The position numbers and the translations under genes were made by a program. Of a stretch of 64,000 nt of DNA, positions 35,875 to 45,222 are shown in pieces. This DNA is from Flavobacteriales bacterium (lineage in GTDB: Bacteria > Bacteroidota > Bacteroidia > Flavobacteriales_F > PHOS-HE28), in the NCBI GenBank assembly GCA_023957375.1, contig JAMLHB010000003.1, positions 5,830 to 69,829 of the forward strand, read 5' to 3'. How positions within the stretch are numbered: position 1 is the first letter of the stretch; every line of letters starts with the position of its first letter. The notes beneath the pieces are model-generated. The model was given only the letters and a program-made list of their open reading frames with translations. It did no database searches and was not told the origin of the DNA.

Positions 35875-36375
35875 ATGAAAACCCCGATATCCGTTCTGTC
35901 CATCCTCCTGTTTGCCGCTTGCAGCCAAGGGCCCACACCTGATGCGGGTTCCTATGCAGCGGAGCGCACCGTGCAGGAAGTGGTGATCACCGATGGGCAA
36001 CCCATGGCCACGGCCGACCTGACCATCGGGGGCATGAGCTGCTCCATGATGTGCGGGAACATGATCAAGGGGGCCTTGGCCAAGGTGCCGGGCGTTACCC
36101 AGGCCGAGGTGGAATACACCGACGGCTCGGAAACGGGCCATGCCAAGGTGACCTACGATCCGGCCAAGGTGGATGACGGCCAGTTGGTGAGCGCGGTGCA
36201 GAGCTTGGCCGACGGCCAGTACACCGTGGCCTCCATTGCCATCACCAAGCAGGTGAAGCATGCCTCCACGGAGCGCCATGAAAAGGGCGCTTCGGAAGAG
36301 CGGTCGGCATCCGTGCTGCCAGCAGTGCCCATGCCCAACCTGGTGGGCATGTTGCGGGCGCTGGTGCGTATCTGA
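35875..36375 (+). CDS. Heavy-metal-associated (HMA) domain lipoprotein
   Basis: Lipoprotein signal MKTPISVLSILLFAACS. The GMSCSMMCGNMIKGAL motif matches GMxCxxC. Confidence 0.7.
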   Translation: MKTPISVLSILLFAACSQGPTPDAGSYAAERTVQEVVITDGQPMATADLTIGGMSCSMMCGNMIKGALAKVPGVTQAEVEYTDGSETGHAKVTYDPAKVDDGQLVSAVQSLADGQYTVASIAITKQVKHASTERHEKGASEERSASVLPAVPMPNLVGMLRALVRI

Positions 36376-36456
36376 GGCACGTGGAGGGATAGCCGCGCAG
36401 CAGCCGGCCGGCGAGTGGTGCGGAACCCGTGGTACCGCGCGATCGGCCCGGTACGG

Positions 36457-37086
36457 TCAGGTCAACGCACGCAGCAGCACGAGCAATTCACGCTGAACAC
36501 TATACCCCTTGTCGGCGGCGTACCAGGCGTGCACCTGGGCATACAGTTCTTCCTTGGGCAATTGCCGTTCCGCCGGCAAGGCCTTGTTGGCCAGCACGAT
36601 CTGGTGGGCAGCGGCCGGGCGTGGGCCCCAGGTGAAGAGCTCACTCCCCTTCCTGTCGAAGGCGATCAACTTGGGAATGCTGCGGCTGCCGCCGGTCAGG
36701 TAGCGGTCCATCAAGGCCAAGTGATCGTCCCGGAGCAGCAGGCCGAAATGCACGTTCGGGGCGGCGGCAGCCATCAAGTGCAACACGGGCGCCACCTGCG
36801 AGCTATCCCCGCACCACGGCTCGGTGATCACTAACCAGTTCATTTCGGGCAGCCGGCCCAGCACCTCTTGTACCTCGGGAAGCAGCCTCACCGTCTTTTC
36901 GTTGCGCACCGTTCGCGCCAAGTTCAACTTGGTGTAGGCCAGCATCTCATCGCTTTGGTCGGGGCCGGTGGTACGGTGCTCCGCCACCAACCGATCGAAC
37001 AGGACGCGATAGGCACCTGCATCCATGGCCGCCCTCATCCCGGACAACAACTCCGCGGCGGGCGCCACCTGCACTTGGCTTTCCAT
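36457..37086 (-). CDS. Thioredoxin-fold family protein (WCGDS motif)
   Basis: NWLVITEPWCGDSSQVAPVL is a thioredoxin-like CxxS/C motif. Start ambiguous (37086 or 37116). Confidence 0.5.
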   Translation of the reverse strand: MESQVQVAPAAELLSGMRAAMDAGAYRVLFDRLVAEHRTTGPDQSDEMLAYTKLNLARTVRNEKTVRLLPEVQEVLGRLPEMNWLVITEPWCGDSSQVAPVLHLMAAAAPNVHFGLLLRDDHLALMDRYLTGGSRSIPKLIAFDRKGSELFTWGPRPAAAHQIVLANKALPAERQLPKEELYAQVHAWYAADKGYSVQRELLVLLRALT

Positions 37087-37090
37087 CCTG

Positions 37091-37651
37091 TTACGGCAGG
37101 TCATGGGCTTGTGCACTGTCCGCGTTCATCGCTTCAAACCGCTGGATCAGTTCCTCGTCCGTGTACTGGAGGTTCTGGATCATCTGTTCAGCATCCTTCG
37201 CAAAGCGGTGCTCCGGGAACCTGCGGATCACTTCCTTGTAGGCCTTTTCGGCCTCGCCTTTTTGCTGCAGGCCATTGTCGATGGTGAAGGCCTTGAGGTA
37301 GTAGGTGTCGGCGATCTTGCTCCACCCGGGTGAATCGCGGATGATGCGGTCGTACAGTGCGATCGACCCGTTCGGGTCGCCCAAGGTGCTGCGTATGCTG
37401 GCCCCCCGGAAAATATACTCAGGCGTCAGCGAATCCAGGGGATAACGTTGTGCGTAGAGCAGGTACACGTCCAGCAGCGCCTGGGCTCCCTTGCGGTCCA
37501 CCCCGGGCTTGGCATACAGCGAATCCTCCATGGCACGGATCCTCACGGTGGCCTCCTGACGGGTTTCATCCGCCTTGGGCTTGTCTCCTCCACTGCAAGC
37601 CACCATCAAGGCGGCCCACAACATGAACAGGGTCCATTTCAACGTGTGCAT
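37091..37651 (-). CDS. TPR-like lipoprotein
   Basis: MHTLKWTLFMLWAALMVACSG lipobox followed by TPR-like helices. Confidence 0.55.
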   Translation of the reverse strand: MHTLKWTLFMLWAALMVACSGGDKPKADETRQEATVRIRAMEDSLYAKPGVDRKGAQALLDVYLLYAQRYPLDSLTPEYIFRGASIRSTLGDPNGSIALYDRIIRDSPGWSKIADTYYLKAFTIDNGLQQKGEAEKAYKEVIRRFPEHRFAKDAEQMIQNLQYTDEELIQRFEAMNADSAQAHDLP

Positions 37652-37718
37652 CGTGGTCGATTGTGATTTTGCTTGAACTTTTTCCAAAACGACAGGTGGT
37701 GAAGGGCCAACGCCCTGT

Positions 37719-38300
37719 TCATTTCACGGGGGCAAACCTCATTTTGTACTTCGCGTCGGTTTTGCCGTGGCTGATGTCGCGCAGCTTGCCTTTCAGCATG
37801 CGCTTGCGCAGCGGCGGCAGCAGCTCGGTGAAAAGGATGCCGTCCAGGTGGTCGTGCTCGTGTTGCAGCACGCGGGCGGCATAGCCCTCGAAGGTCTCTT
37901 CGTGCTCCTTGAAGTCCTCGTCCATATACTGCATCACGATCTTCGGCTGGCGCTCCACGTCCTCGCGGATGCCAGGAATGCTGAGGCAGCCTTCCTCGAA
38001 GGCCCACTCCTCCCCTTCCTCCTCCACGATGTAGGGGTTGATGAAGACCTTCTTGAAGTCCTTCAGGTGTGCATCTTCCGTGGGGTTGCCGTCCTCATCT
38101 TCGGCAAAAGGCGAGCAGTCCACCACAAAGAGGCGGATGCTTTCGCCCACCTGCGGTGCGGCCAAACCTACGCCACTGGCGGCGTACATGGTTTCGTACA
38201 TGTCGGCGATCAGTTGCTTGAGGTCCGGATGTCCGGGTTCAATGTCGGCAGCGACCTTCTTCAGTATGGGGTCGCCATAGGCGCGGATGGGGAGGATCAT
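37719..38300 (-). CDS. def: Peptide deformylase
   Basis: GVGLAAPQVG, EGCLSIPG and QHEHDHLDG motifs. Start at the internal MILPIRAYGDP. Confidence 0.9.
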   Translation of the reverse strand: MILPIRAYGDPILKKVAADIEPGHPDLKQLIADMYETMYAASGVGLAAPQVGESIRLFVVDCSPFAEDEDGNPTEDAHLKDFKKVFINPYIVEEEGEEWAFEEGCLSIPGIREDVERQPKIVMQYMDEDFKEHEETFEGYAARVLQHEHDHLDGILFTELLPPLRKRMLKGKLRDISHGKTDAKYKMRFAPVK

Positions 38301-38329
38301 GGTTGGGGGCGCAAAGGTATTGGGGGAGG

Positions 38330-38410
38330 GCATAGCGCGCAGGGCGTAGTTCGCAGGGTGCAGGCGGGGCCATGCGTGCAGGCACTCTTCCCTACGGACC
38401 ACGAACTATG
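38330..38410. repeat. GTAGTTCG/GCAGGGC repeat with inverted partner between def and ruvX
   Basis: gcgcagggcgtagttcgcagggtgcagg ... ggaccacgaactatg. Confidence 0.55.
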
Positions 38411-38819
38411 TCCTCCTCTTTTCCATCCACCCCTGCAGGATCAACACCGCGCTGATGCGATCCAGCGTGCCTTTGTCGCGCCGGGCCTTCTTACCAACAC
38501 CGCTGGCGATCATGGCCTGCTGCGCGATGCTGCTGGTGAAGCGCTCATCGGCGGTTTCCACCCATTGCCCTGGGAATTGCTTCTTCAGCTCAGCCACGAA
38601 CAACTGCACATTGGCCGTCACGTCCGTGGGGGTGCCGTACAGGTTCACCGGCAGGCCCACCACGAAGCCTTCCACCGGTTCCTTGGCCACGTAGCGCTTC
38701 AGGTGATCCATCAGTTCAACGGTCGGCACGGTGTCCAGCGCAGAGGCGATGATGCCTGCGGGATCCGTCACCGCCAAGCCGGTACGCTTGAGGCCGAAGT
38801 CGATGGCGAGGATGCGCAT
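38406..38819 (-). CDS. ruvX: Holliday junction resolvase-like RuvX/YqgF
   Basis: MRILAIDFGLKRTGLAVTD ... a typical YqgF N-terminus. Confidence 0.85.
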   Translation of the reverse strand: MRILAIDFGLKRTGLAVTDPAGIIASALDTVPTVELMDHLKRYVAKEPVEGFVVGLPVNLYGTPTDVTANVQLFVAELKKQFPGQWVETADERFTSSIAQQAMIASGVGKKARRDKGTLDRISAVLILQGWMEKRRT

Positions 38820-38920
38820 GGGGCAAAGGTGGCATGGAACGGTTTGGTACACGGGCGCAGCCTATGTTTGTTCGTTGGCTTGCGTTCACAGCCACGCCCG
38901 TTGCACCCGGCCCGCGCCCG

Positions 38921-40891
38921 ATGAAGCCCCTATTTGCCCTTGTCCCGGCGATTTTCCTCACCTGCGCGGCATCGGGGCAGGACCAACGGGACATCGATTC
39001 GTTGAATGCACTGCTCGACCGGCATTGGGCCATGAAAAAGGAGTTGGGGATATTGCATCCTTCGCTGTATGACACCTCGGCCGCGCTGATCCTTCACAGT
39101 TTGTTCGAGGCCACCTGGGCCAATGACCCCGATCAGGCCATGGCGTATGCCGAACGGTACCTGGAATTGTCAAAACAAATCGGGTTCAAGCGGGGTGAAG
39201 GGAATGCCTACAACGCAATTGGCGCGGCGCTTGGCTTAAAAGGGGATTATTCCCGGGCCATGGAGTACCTGGGCAAGGCGCTGCAGGTCCGGGAGGGGCT
39301 TGGGCTTCCGGAGCATGTGGCCGAAACCCACAACAACATCGGGTTCGTGTACCAAGCGCTGGGGAAATTCCCGGAGGCCACCCAAGAGCATCTCGCGGCC
39401 TTGCGCATTTTCGAGTCGACCGGGAATAAGAGCCATCAAGCGAGGATCCACATGAAGCTGGGCTCCATGCTGGCCGAGGTCGGCGATTACCGGGCATCCC
39501 AAGGGCATTTCACCCAAGCCCTGGCGTTGGCCGAGGAGGCCGGCAATCGATCCATCATTCCGGACATCCACAGTTCGGCAGGGCAGGGGTATGCCCTGGA
39601 GGGGGATTACACCAAGGCCTTGGAGCACCATTTCGCCGCCCTCGATGCCGTGCAGGAAAGCGGGAGCACCTCTTCCCTTGCGTTCTCCTACAGCGCAATC
39701 GGATTCACTTATTGGCACCTGGAATTATATGAGGATGCCATGGAATACACCAAAAAGGCATTGGGCCTCTACGATCAATTGGAAAGCAATGAAGGCAAAT
39801 GCCAAGCTTACCAAATGATCGGGGCCATCCATCAGGTACGGAAGGAATACGCCCAGGCCCGGGACAACTACCAAAAGGTCCTGGCCCTATCCAAGGAAAT
39901 CGGCAGTTACCGCTATGCGGCCGGCGCCTTGCTGGACCTTGCCGAAATGGACAGCACGCAGGGCAACTTCCGTGAAGCCCTTGGGCACTATAAGCTGCAC
40001 ATCGCCGCGCGCGACAGCTTGCAGAAAGCCGAAAACCGCTCCAAAACCACCGAGCTGCGCATGCAGTACGACTTCGAAAAGAAGGAAGCCGAGGCCAAGG
40101 CCCTTGCAGAGGCTGAACTGAAAAAGCAGAAGCTGGTGCGCAACAGTTTCGTCGGGGGCTTCGGCGCCATGCTGCTCTTTGCCGCGGTGGTGTACCGCCA
40201 GCGCAACAGGACCAAGAAGGAGAAACGCCGCGCAGAAGAGGAAAAGGAGCGCAGTGACCGGCTCCTGCTCAACATCTTCCCGAAATCCGTCGTGCAGGAG
40301 ATCAAGGCATCGGGCACCGCGAAGGCCAAGGCCTACACCATGGCCACCGTCATGCTCACCGACTTCAAGGACTTCACCACCGTGAGCGACCAGGTGAGCG
40401 CGGAACTGCTGGTGGACGAGATCCATACCTGCTTCAGCGCCTTCGACCGCATCATGCTGCGGCACGGCATCGAAAAAATCAAGACCATCGGGGATGCCTA
40501 CCTCTGCGCCGGCGGGCTGCCCGTGAGCAACTACACCCACGCCACCGACATGGTGAGCGCCGCCCTGGAGATCCGCGACTACATGCTCCAGCGCAAGCAG
40601 GAGAAGCAGGCACGCGGCGAAACGCCCTTCGAAATGCGCATCGGCATACACACCGGGCCCGTGGTGGCAGGCATCGTGGGCACCCACAAGTACGCCTACG
40701 ACATCTGGGGCGACACGGTGAACATCGCCGCGCGCATGGAGCAGAACTCCGAGCCCGGCAAGATCAACATCAGCGAAAGGACGTACGCCCTGGTGAAGGA
40801 CCGGTTCCAGTGCACCCACCGCGGAAAGATCCAAGCCAAGAACAAGGGCGAGCTCGACATGTACTTCGTGGAGGCGCCGGGCGCCGCGTGA
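38921..40891 (+). CDS. Class III adenylate/guanylate cyclase with N-terminal signal, TPR repeats and a TM segment
   Basis: TPR-rich N-terminal half, a TM helix (FVGGFGAMLLFAAVVY), and the cyclase domain (TIGDAYLCAGG, IWGDTVNIAARME). Confidence 0.8.
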   Translation: MKPLFALVPAIFLTCAASGQDQRDIDSLNALLDRHWAMKKELGILHPSLYDTSAALILHSLFEATWANDPDQAMAYAERYLELSKQIGFKRGEGNAYNAIGAALGLKGDYSRAMEYLGKALQVREGLGLPEHVAETHNNIGFVYQALGKFPEATQEHLAALRIFESTGNKSHQARIHMKLGSMLAEVGDYRASQGHFTQALALAEEAGNRSIIPDIHSSAGQGYALEGDYTKALEHHFAALDAVQESGSTSSLAFSYSAIGFTYWHLELYEDAMEYTKKALGLYDQLESNEGKCQAYQMIGAIHQVRKEYAQARDNYQKVLALSKEIGSYRYAAGALLDLAEMDSTQGNFREALGHYKLHIAARDSLQKAENRSKTTELRMQYDFEKKEAEAKALAEAELKKQKLVRNSFVGGFGAMLLFAAVVYRQRNRTKKEKRRAEEEKERSDRLLLNIFPKSVVQEIKASGTAKAKAYTMATVMLTDFKDFTTVSDQVSAELLVDEIHTCFSAFDRIMLRHGIEKIKTIGDAYLCAGGLPVSNYTHATDMVSAALEIRDYMLQRKQEKQARGETPFEMRIGIHTGPVVAGIVGTHKYAYDIWGDTVNIAARMEQNSEPGKINISERTYALVKDRFQCTHRGKIQAKNKGELDMYFVEAPGAA

Positions 40892-40979
40892 ACGGTGTGC
40901 CCGCCGCCCTGCATTGGCAGCAGCCGGAACGGCATTTACCTTGGCTTCGCCGGAACAGGCAACTCCTAGTTACCGCCCC

Positions 40980-41522
40980 ATGCACAAGGCACGGATCATC
41001 CTGAGTGACACGGAAAGCCTCGCCACGCTCGGCTTCTTCATCCTGGCCACCTTCACATTGGCATCCGCCGTGCGCTGGCTCATGCGCAGGCGCATTGAGC
41101 GGAAGCTGGCCGCAGCGGAGGCCGACCTTACCGTGTACAAATTCATCCGCGACCTGGTCACGCTCACCATCTACCTGGTGGGCATCGGCTGGGCCTTGCT
41201 CACCCTGCCCATTTCCGCCACCTATGCCCACACCTTGCTCGTCAGTGCGGGGGCATCCACCCTGATCATCGGGTTCGCCTCCCAGCAGGTGCTGGGCAAC
41301 ATCATCTCGGGCATCTACCTGGTCATGCGCCGGTCCTACCGGCTGAACGACATCATCGAGATCAATGGCTCCAAGGGGAAAGTGGTGGAGATCAACATCC
41401 ATGAAACCGTGCTCACGTCCATGGACGGCAAGCAACGGATCACCATCCCGAATACGCTGGTGTCCACCGCGATCATCATCCACCACCAACAGGCCGCAAC
41501 TCGTGGCACCGGGCCTTCATAA
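40980..41522 (+). CDS. Small MscS-family mechanosensitive channel homologue (short C-terminus, possibly truncated)
   Basis: MscS core LVTLTIYLVGIGWALLTL...RLNDIIEINGSKGKVVEINIHETVLTSMDGKQRITIPNTLV, but it ends soon after this. Confidence 0.55.
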   Translation: MHKARIILSDTESLATLGFFILATFTLASAVRWLMRRRIERKLAAAEADLTVYKFIRDLVTLTIYLVGIGWALLTLPISATYAHTLLVSAGASTLIIGFASQQVLGNIISGIYLVMRRSYRLNDIIEINGSKGKVVEINIHETVLTSMDGKQRITIPNTLVSTAIIIHHQQAATRGTGPS

Positions 41523-41586
41523 CACTCCCGACGGCAATCCACGGGGTTATTTTCGCCCGCGCAAACCTCATGCAGCGTTCGGCCGA

Positions 41587-42579
41587 ATGAGCATCCTTCC
41601 CTCCCGCTCCTTGCCCATCCGGTGCAAGCGCAGCCCTCGTGCAGCGGCCGGCCTGGCCCTCGTCATCCTGGCCTCCTGCTCCAGCCCAAAGAGCCTGCAA
41701 CCCGGTGCGGACCGCAAGATCAATTGCAACCTGCAAGCGGATCATCAATATGCGGCCGGCGACCTGCCCGTCGCCCTTCATGAAGTGGCCGTGGAGCCGC
41801 TGCTCACCGGGCACTTCAGCAAGGCAAGCCTCAACGTGGCGAACAGCATCGGCGTCCTGGACCTGCTGGGTGAATACACCCGCTTGAAGCAAAAACAACG
41901 GGCCATCCCCAGCCTGGAGCAGAAGGTGGAGCTGCTCGAACTTTCCCACACCATCACGCAACGCATCGATCTGGCATCCTTGGAGATCTCGTCCGTGACA
42001 GCCGAACTCGACTGCGAGGAGGAGCGCATCTCACAGATCGCCGATTACCTTACGGCTCGGTCCCGAACGGCGGAAACGCGACTGACCGTGGCCGCGATCG
42101 CCGTGGGCGCGTTCGGCTCCATGACACCCATCATCCTGGACGGCAAGCAAGCCGACCGGGCCGGCTTGGCGGCGGGCATCGCCGAAGCGGCACTGGGTGC
42201 CATGATCCTGCTCAACGACCGCAAAGTGAACGTGCAGCATCCGCGCAACGCACTCAGTGACATCTGGGAAGGGCCACAGACATCCCGCGTCTTCCCGCCC
42301 TTTGTTTGGTACTATCTGAATTACCGGGATCCGGGCGACCAGGCCAGCGTCTCCTTGCGCACCAAGATCATCGACCAATGGAAGGGGTTCGGACAGGTCG
42401 AACGGTTGAAGCCCAAGGAACAGGCAAGCCATCAGGAGCTGTATTTCGGGAATGGCGGCCGCTACGACACCGACCAGTTGTACAACCGCGCCAATATGTA
42501 CGACCAGCTGGAATCCTCGATCAAATTGATCAAGCAGGACCTCACGCAGCTGGCGCTGGAATTGGGGGGGCTGCAGTAG
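41587..42579 (+). CDS. Hypothetical lipoprotein
   Basis: Lipobox LALVILASCSS. No recognisable domain. Confidence 0.5.
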   Translation: MSILPSRSLPIRCKRSPRAAAGLALVILASCSSPKSLQPGADRKINCNLQADHQYAAGDLPVALHEVAVEPLLTGHFSKASLNVANSIGVLDLLGEYTRLKQKQRAIPSLEQKVELLELSHTITQRIDLASLEISSVTAELDCEEERISQIADYLTARSRTAETRLTVAAIAVGAFGSMTPIILDGKQADRAGLAAGIAEAALGAMILLNDRKVNVQHPRNALSDIWEGPQTSRVFPPFVWYYLNYRDPGDQASVSLRTKIIDQWKGFGQVERLKPKEQASHQELYFGNGGRYDTDQLYNRANMYDQLESSIKLIKQDLTQLALELGGLQ

Positions 42580-42635
42580 GAGGTACCCGGCAACAAGCAG
42601 ACCGCCTCCCTCTTTCCTCCCCACCTTTGCCCCAT

Positions 42636-42707
42636 GCAGGAACTGATCGAACAAGCGTGGGCAGACCGCTCCCTGTTGAAGGACCCCGAGGTGATCCGCG
42701 CCATTTA
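42636..42707 (+). pseudogene. Duplicated 5' fragment of dapD (first ~23 codons, then a stop) left of the vapBC insertion
   Basis: atgcaggaactgatcgaacaagcgtgggcagaccgctccctgttgaaggaccccgaggtgatccgcgccatttag nearly matches dapD 43557-43628. The upstream ttgccccatgcag motif is also duplicated. Confidence 0.8.
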
Positions 42708-42834
42708 GGGCGTGTTGGAGCACCTGGACAAAGGCTCGGATACAGGGAGTAGCGGCGAGATCCTGATGATGGGCAACCTCCGCAAACCATTCAAGCTGAA
42801 TTACGTATGTTTTTATTACATTCGCACGTAATCC

Positions 42835-43086
42835 TTGAAGATGAATACCAAGCTGACCTTGAACATCGATAAGGGTGTGATTGAAAACGCCAAGGTTCTC
42901 GCGAAGGAGACGGGGACCAGTCTATCGAAATTGATCGAGAACTACCTCCGGTCCCTTGTCCAGCCAAACAAGAACAAATCGGCGATCACCCCCTTGGTGA
43001 AGAGCCTGACCGGTGTCATGCCTGCACAAGATGAGGAGCGTGAAAAGGACGCTCGGTTCGATCACTTGGCGAACAAGTATTCCTGA
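42835..43086 (+). CDS. Type II antitoxin (VapB-like), in a lower-GC insert
   Basis: 83 aa, partner of the downstream PIN toxin. Its stop overlaps the toxin ATG by 1 nt. Confidence 0.6.
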   Translation: MKMNTKLTLNIDKGVIENAKVLAKETGTSLSKLIENYLRSLVQPNKNKSAITPLVKSLTGVMPAQDEEREKDARFDHLANKYS

Positions 43087-43490
43087 TGGAGAAAGTCTTC
43101 GTGGACACCAACGTTGTCTTGGACCTCCTACAGGAACGCAAGCCATTCTTCAAGGAAGCACAACAACTATTCTCCATGGGTGATCGCGGGGAGTTGAAAT
43201 TGTTCATCTCATCGCTAACGGTCGCAAACACCCATTTCATGCTCGCACGGCATCTGCAGATGGAGGCACGCCAGGTATTGTCCAAGCTTATGATCGTATT
43301 GGATGTTCTTCCCTTGGATGCGAAGGTCCTGAAACTTTCATTGGCATCAGACTGGAAGGACCTTGAGGATGCCATCCAGTACTTCACGGCCGCGGAGCAT
43401 GGGATGCATGTGATCATCACACGTAACAAACGTGACTTCAAAGGCTCTCTGCTTCCCATTCTTAGCACAGGGGAATATCTGCGTCGCTAA
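43086..43490 (+). CDS. vapC: PIN-domain toxin (VapC-like)
   Basis: MEKVFVDTNVVLDLL... with PIN acidic residues. Confidence 0.75.
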   Translation: MEKVFVDTNVVLDLLQERKPFFKEAQQLFSMGDRGELKLFISSLTVANTHFMLARHLQMEARQVLSKLMIVLDVLPLDAKVLKLSLASDWKDLEDAIQYFTAAEHGMHVIITRNKRDFKGSLLPILSTGEYLRR

Positions 43491-43556
43491 CCCGGGGCCG
43501 CTAGCCGCCATGTTGTACTTCAATGCCCGGTCCCGTATCATGGCCAACTTTGCCCC

Positions 43557-44390
43557 ATGCAGGAACTGATCGAAAAGGCGTGGGCAGACCGCTCCCTGTT
43601 GAAGGACCCCGAGGTGATCCGCGCCATTGAAACCGTGGTGGGCCAGCTGGACCGCGGGGAGCTGCGCGTGGCGGAACCAACCGACGGGATTCCGGGTCAA
43701 GCCCGGAATGACGGTGCGTGGAAAGTGAACGAATGGGTGAAAAAGGCCGTGCTGCTCTATTTCCCCATCCGCAAGATGGAGGTATTGGAAGCAGGCCCGC
43801 TGGAATGGCACGACAAGATCCCCCTGAAGCATGACTATGCGAAGCTGGGCGTGCGCGTGGTGCCCCACGCCATCGCACGGCATGGAAGCTACCTGGCCCC
43901 CGGCGTGATCCTGATGCCGAGCTATGTGAACATCGGCGCCTACGTGGACGAGGGCAGCATGGTGGATACTTGGGCCACGGTGGGCAGTTGCGCCCAGATC
44001 GGCAAGGGCGTGCACCTGAGCGGCGGCGTGGGCATCGGTGGCGTGCTGGAACCCGTGCAGGCCGCGCCGGTGATCATCGGCGACGGCGCCTTCATCGGCA
44101 GCCGCGCCATTGTGGTGGAGGGCGTGCATGTGGGCCGCGAGGCGGTACTGGGCGCCAACGTGGTACTTACCGCCAGCACGCGCATCATCGACGTGGCCGG
44201 GCCGGAACCCAAGGAGATGAAGGGCTACGTGCCGCCGCGCAGCGTGGTGATCCCCGGCACCGTGCCCAAGCGTTTCCCCGCCGGGGAGTACGGCGTGCCC
44301 TGTGCATTGATCATCGGGCAGCGCAAGGAAAGCACGGACCGGAAAACGAGCCTGAACGAGGTGTTGCGGGAGTTCGATGTGGCCGTGTGA
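43557..44390 (+). CDS. dapD: 2,3,4,5-tetrahydropyridine-2,6-dicarboxylate N-succinyltransferase
   Basis: MQELIEKAWADRSLLKDPEV... followed by hexapeptide-repeat left-handed beta-helix (GAYVDEGSMVDTWATVGSCAQIGKGVHLSGGVGIGG). Confidence 0.8.
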   Translation: MQELIEKAWADRSLLKDPEVIRAIETVVGQLDRGELRVAEPTDGIPGQARNDGAWKVNEWVKKAVLLYFPIRKMEVLEAGPLEWHDKIPLKHDYAKLGVRVVPHAIARHGSYLAPGVILMPSYVNIGAYVDEGSMVDTWATVGSCAQIGKGVHLSGGVGIGGVLEPVQAAPVIIGDGAFIGSRAIVVEGVHVGREAVLGANVVLTASTRIIDVAGPEPKEMKGYVPPRSVVIPGTVPKRFPAGEYGVPCALIIGQRKESTDRKTSLNEVLREFDVAV

Positions 44391-44393
44391 TCG

Positions 44394-44496
44394 GTTGTCA
44401 GTTGTCAGTTGTCAGTTGTCAGTTGTCGGTTGTCGGTTGTCGGTTGTCGGTTGTCTGTTTCTGGCGCCCCACCCTTACAACGAGCAACTGACAACG
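44394..44496. repeat. Heptamer tandem array (GTTGTCR x ~9) with inverted partial partner, between dapD and the response regulator
   Basis: ggttgtcagttgtcagttgtcagttgtcggttgtcggttgtcggttgtcggttgtctg ... caacgagcaactgacaacgaacaacc. Confidence 0.85.
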
Positions 44497-44520
44497 AACA
44501 ACCACCCTAAAGGAAGAAAA

Positions 44521-45222
44521 ATGCCAGCCACAACCGATCGCACCATCCTGGTGGTGGAGGATGACCCCCGCCTATACCGCTCGCTGTGCAGGCAGTTGGA
44601 GGAGGCGGGGTATGCCACCCTTCCGGTATTCGACGGCAAAATGGCCCAGCGTGCCATCCGCAACAGCAGGTTCCATCTGGTGCTGCTGGACCTGAGCCTG
44701 CCAGAAGTGGATGGCTTCAAGTTGACCGAGGAGATCCGTTGCCGCGACCGGAACACACCGGTCATCATCCTCACGGCATTCGGCGACATGGACAGCAAGC
44801 TGAATGCTTTCCAGCTCGGCGCGGACGACTATCTGGTAAAGCCTGTCCATTTCCAGGAACTGCTCGCCAAGGTGAAGGTGTTCCTGAAACGTGCCGAGAG
44901 CCATCCGCTGGAAGTGGAGCACATTGAAGTAGCCGACCTGCGGATCGACCTGCAACGCAAGACCGTGGAACGCGCGGGCCAAGCGATCGAACTCACACCC
45001 AAGGAATTCCATCTGCTCGCCTGCCTCGCCCGCAACAAGGGCCGCGTGCTGAGCAAGGACGACCTCGCCGAGCAGGTGTGGGACAATGCCTACGGCGTTT
45101 CCAACAACACCATCGAGGTGTACATCAGCTTTCTGCGCAGCAAGGTGGACAAGGGCCATGAGCAACCGCTGATCCACACCAAGCACGGGTTCGGTTACGC
45201 CCTGGACGACCACCCGGCATGA
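44521..45222 (+). CDS. OmpR-family response regulator (heavy-metal type, CusR/CzcR-like by context)
   Basis: REC (ILVVEDDPRL...LLDLSLP) plus winged-helix trans_reg_C. Lies upstream of the sensor kinase and efflux genes. Confidence 0.8.
   Translation: MPATTDRTILVVEDDPRLYRSLCRQLEEAGYATLPVFDGKMAQRAIRNSRFHLVLLDLSLPEVDGFKLTEEIRCRDRNTPVIILTAFGDMDSKLNAFQLGADDYLVKPVHFQELLAKVKVFLKRAESHPLEVEHIEVADLRIDLQRKTVERAGQAIELTPKEFHLLACLARNKGRVLSKDDLAEQVWDNAYGVSNNTIEVYISFLRSKVDKGHEQPLIHTKHGFGYALDDHPA

Noticed and set aside
44394-44460. Possible CRISPR array (regular short repeats)
   Set aside because: The repeat unit is only 7 bp and directly tandem, with no spacers. No cas genes are present. This is a microsatellite-like heptamer array, not CRISPR.
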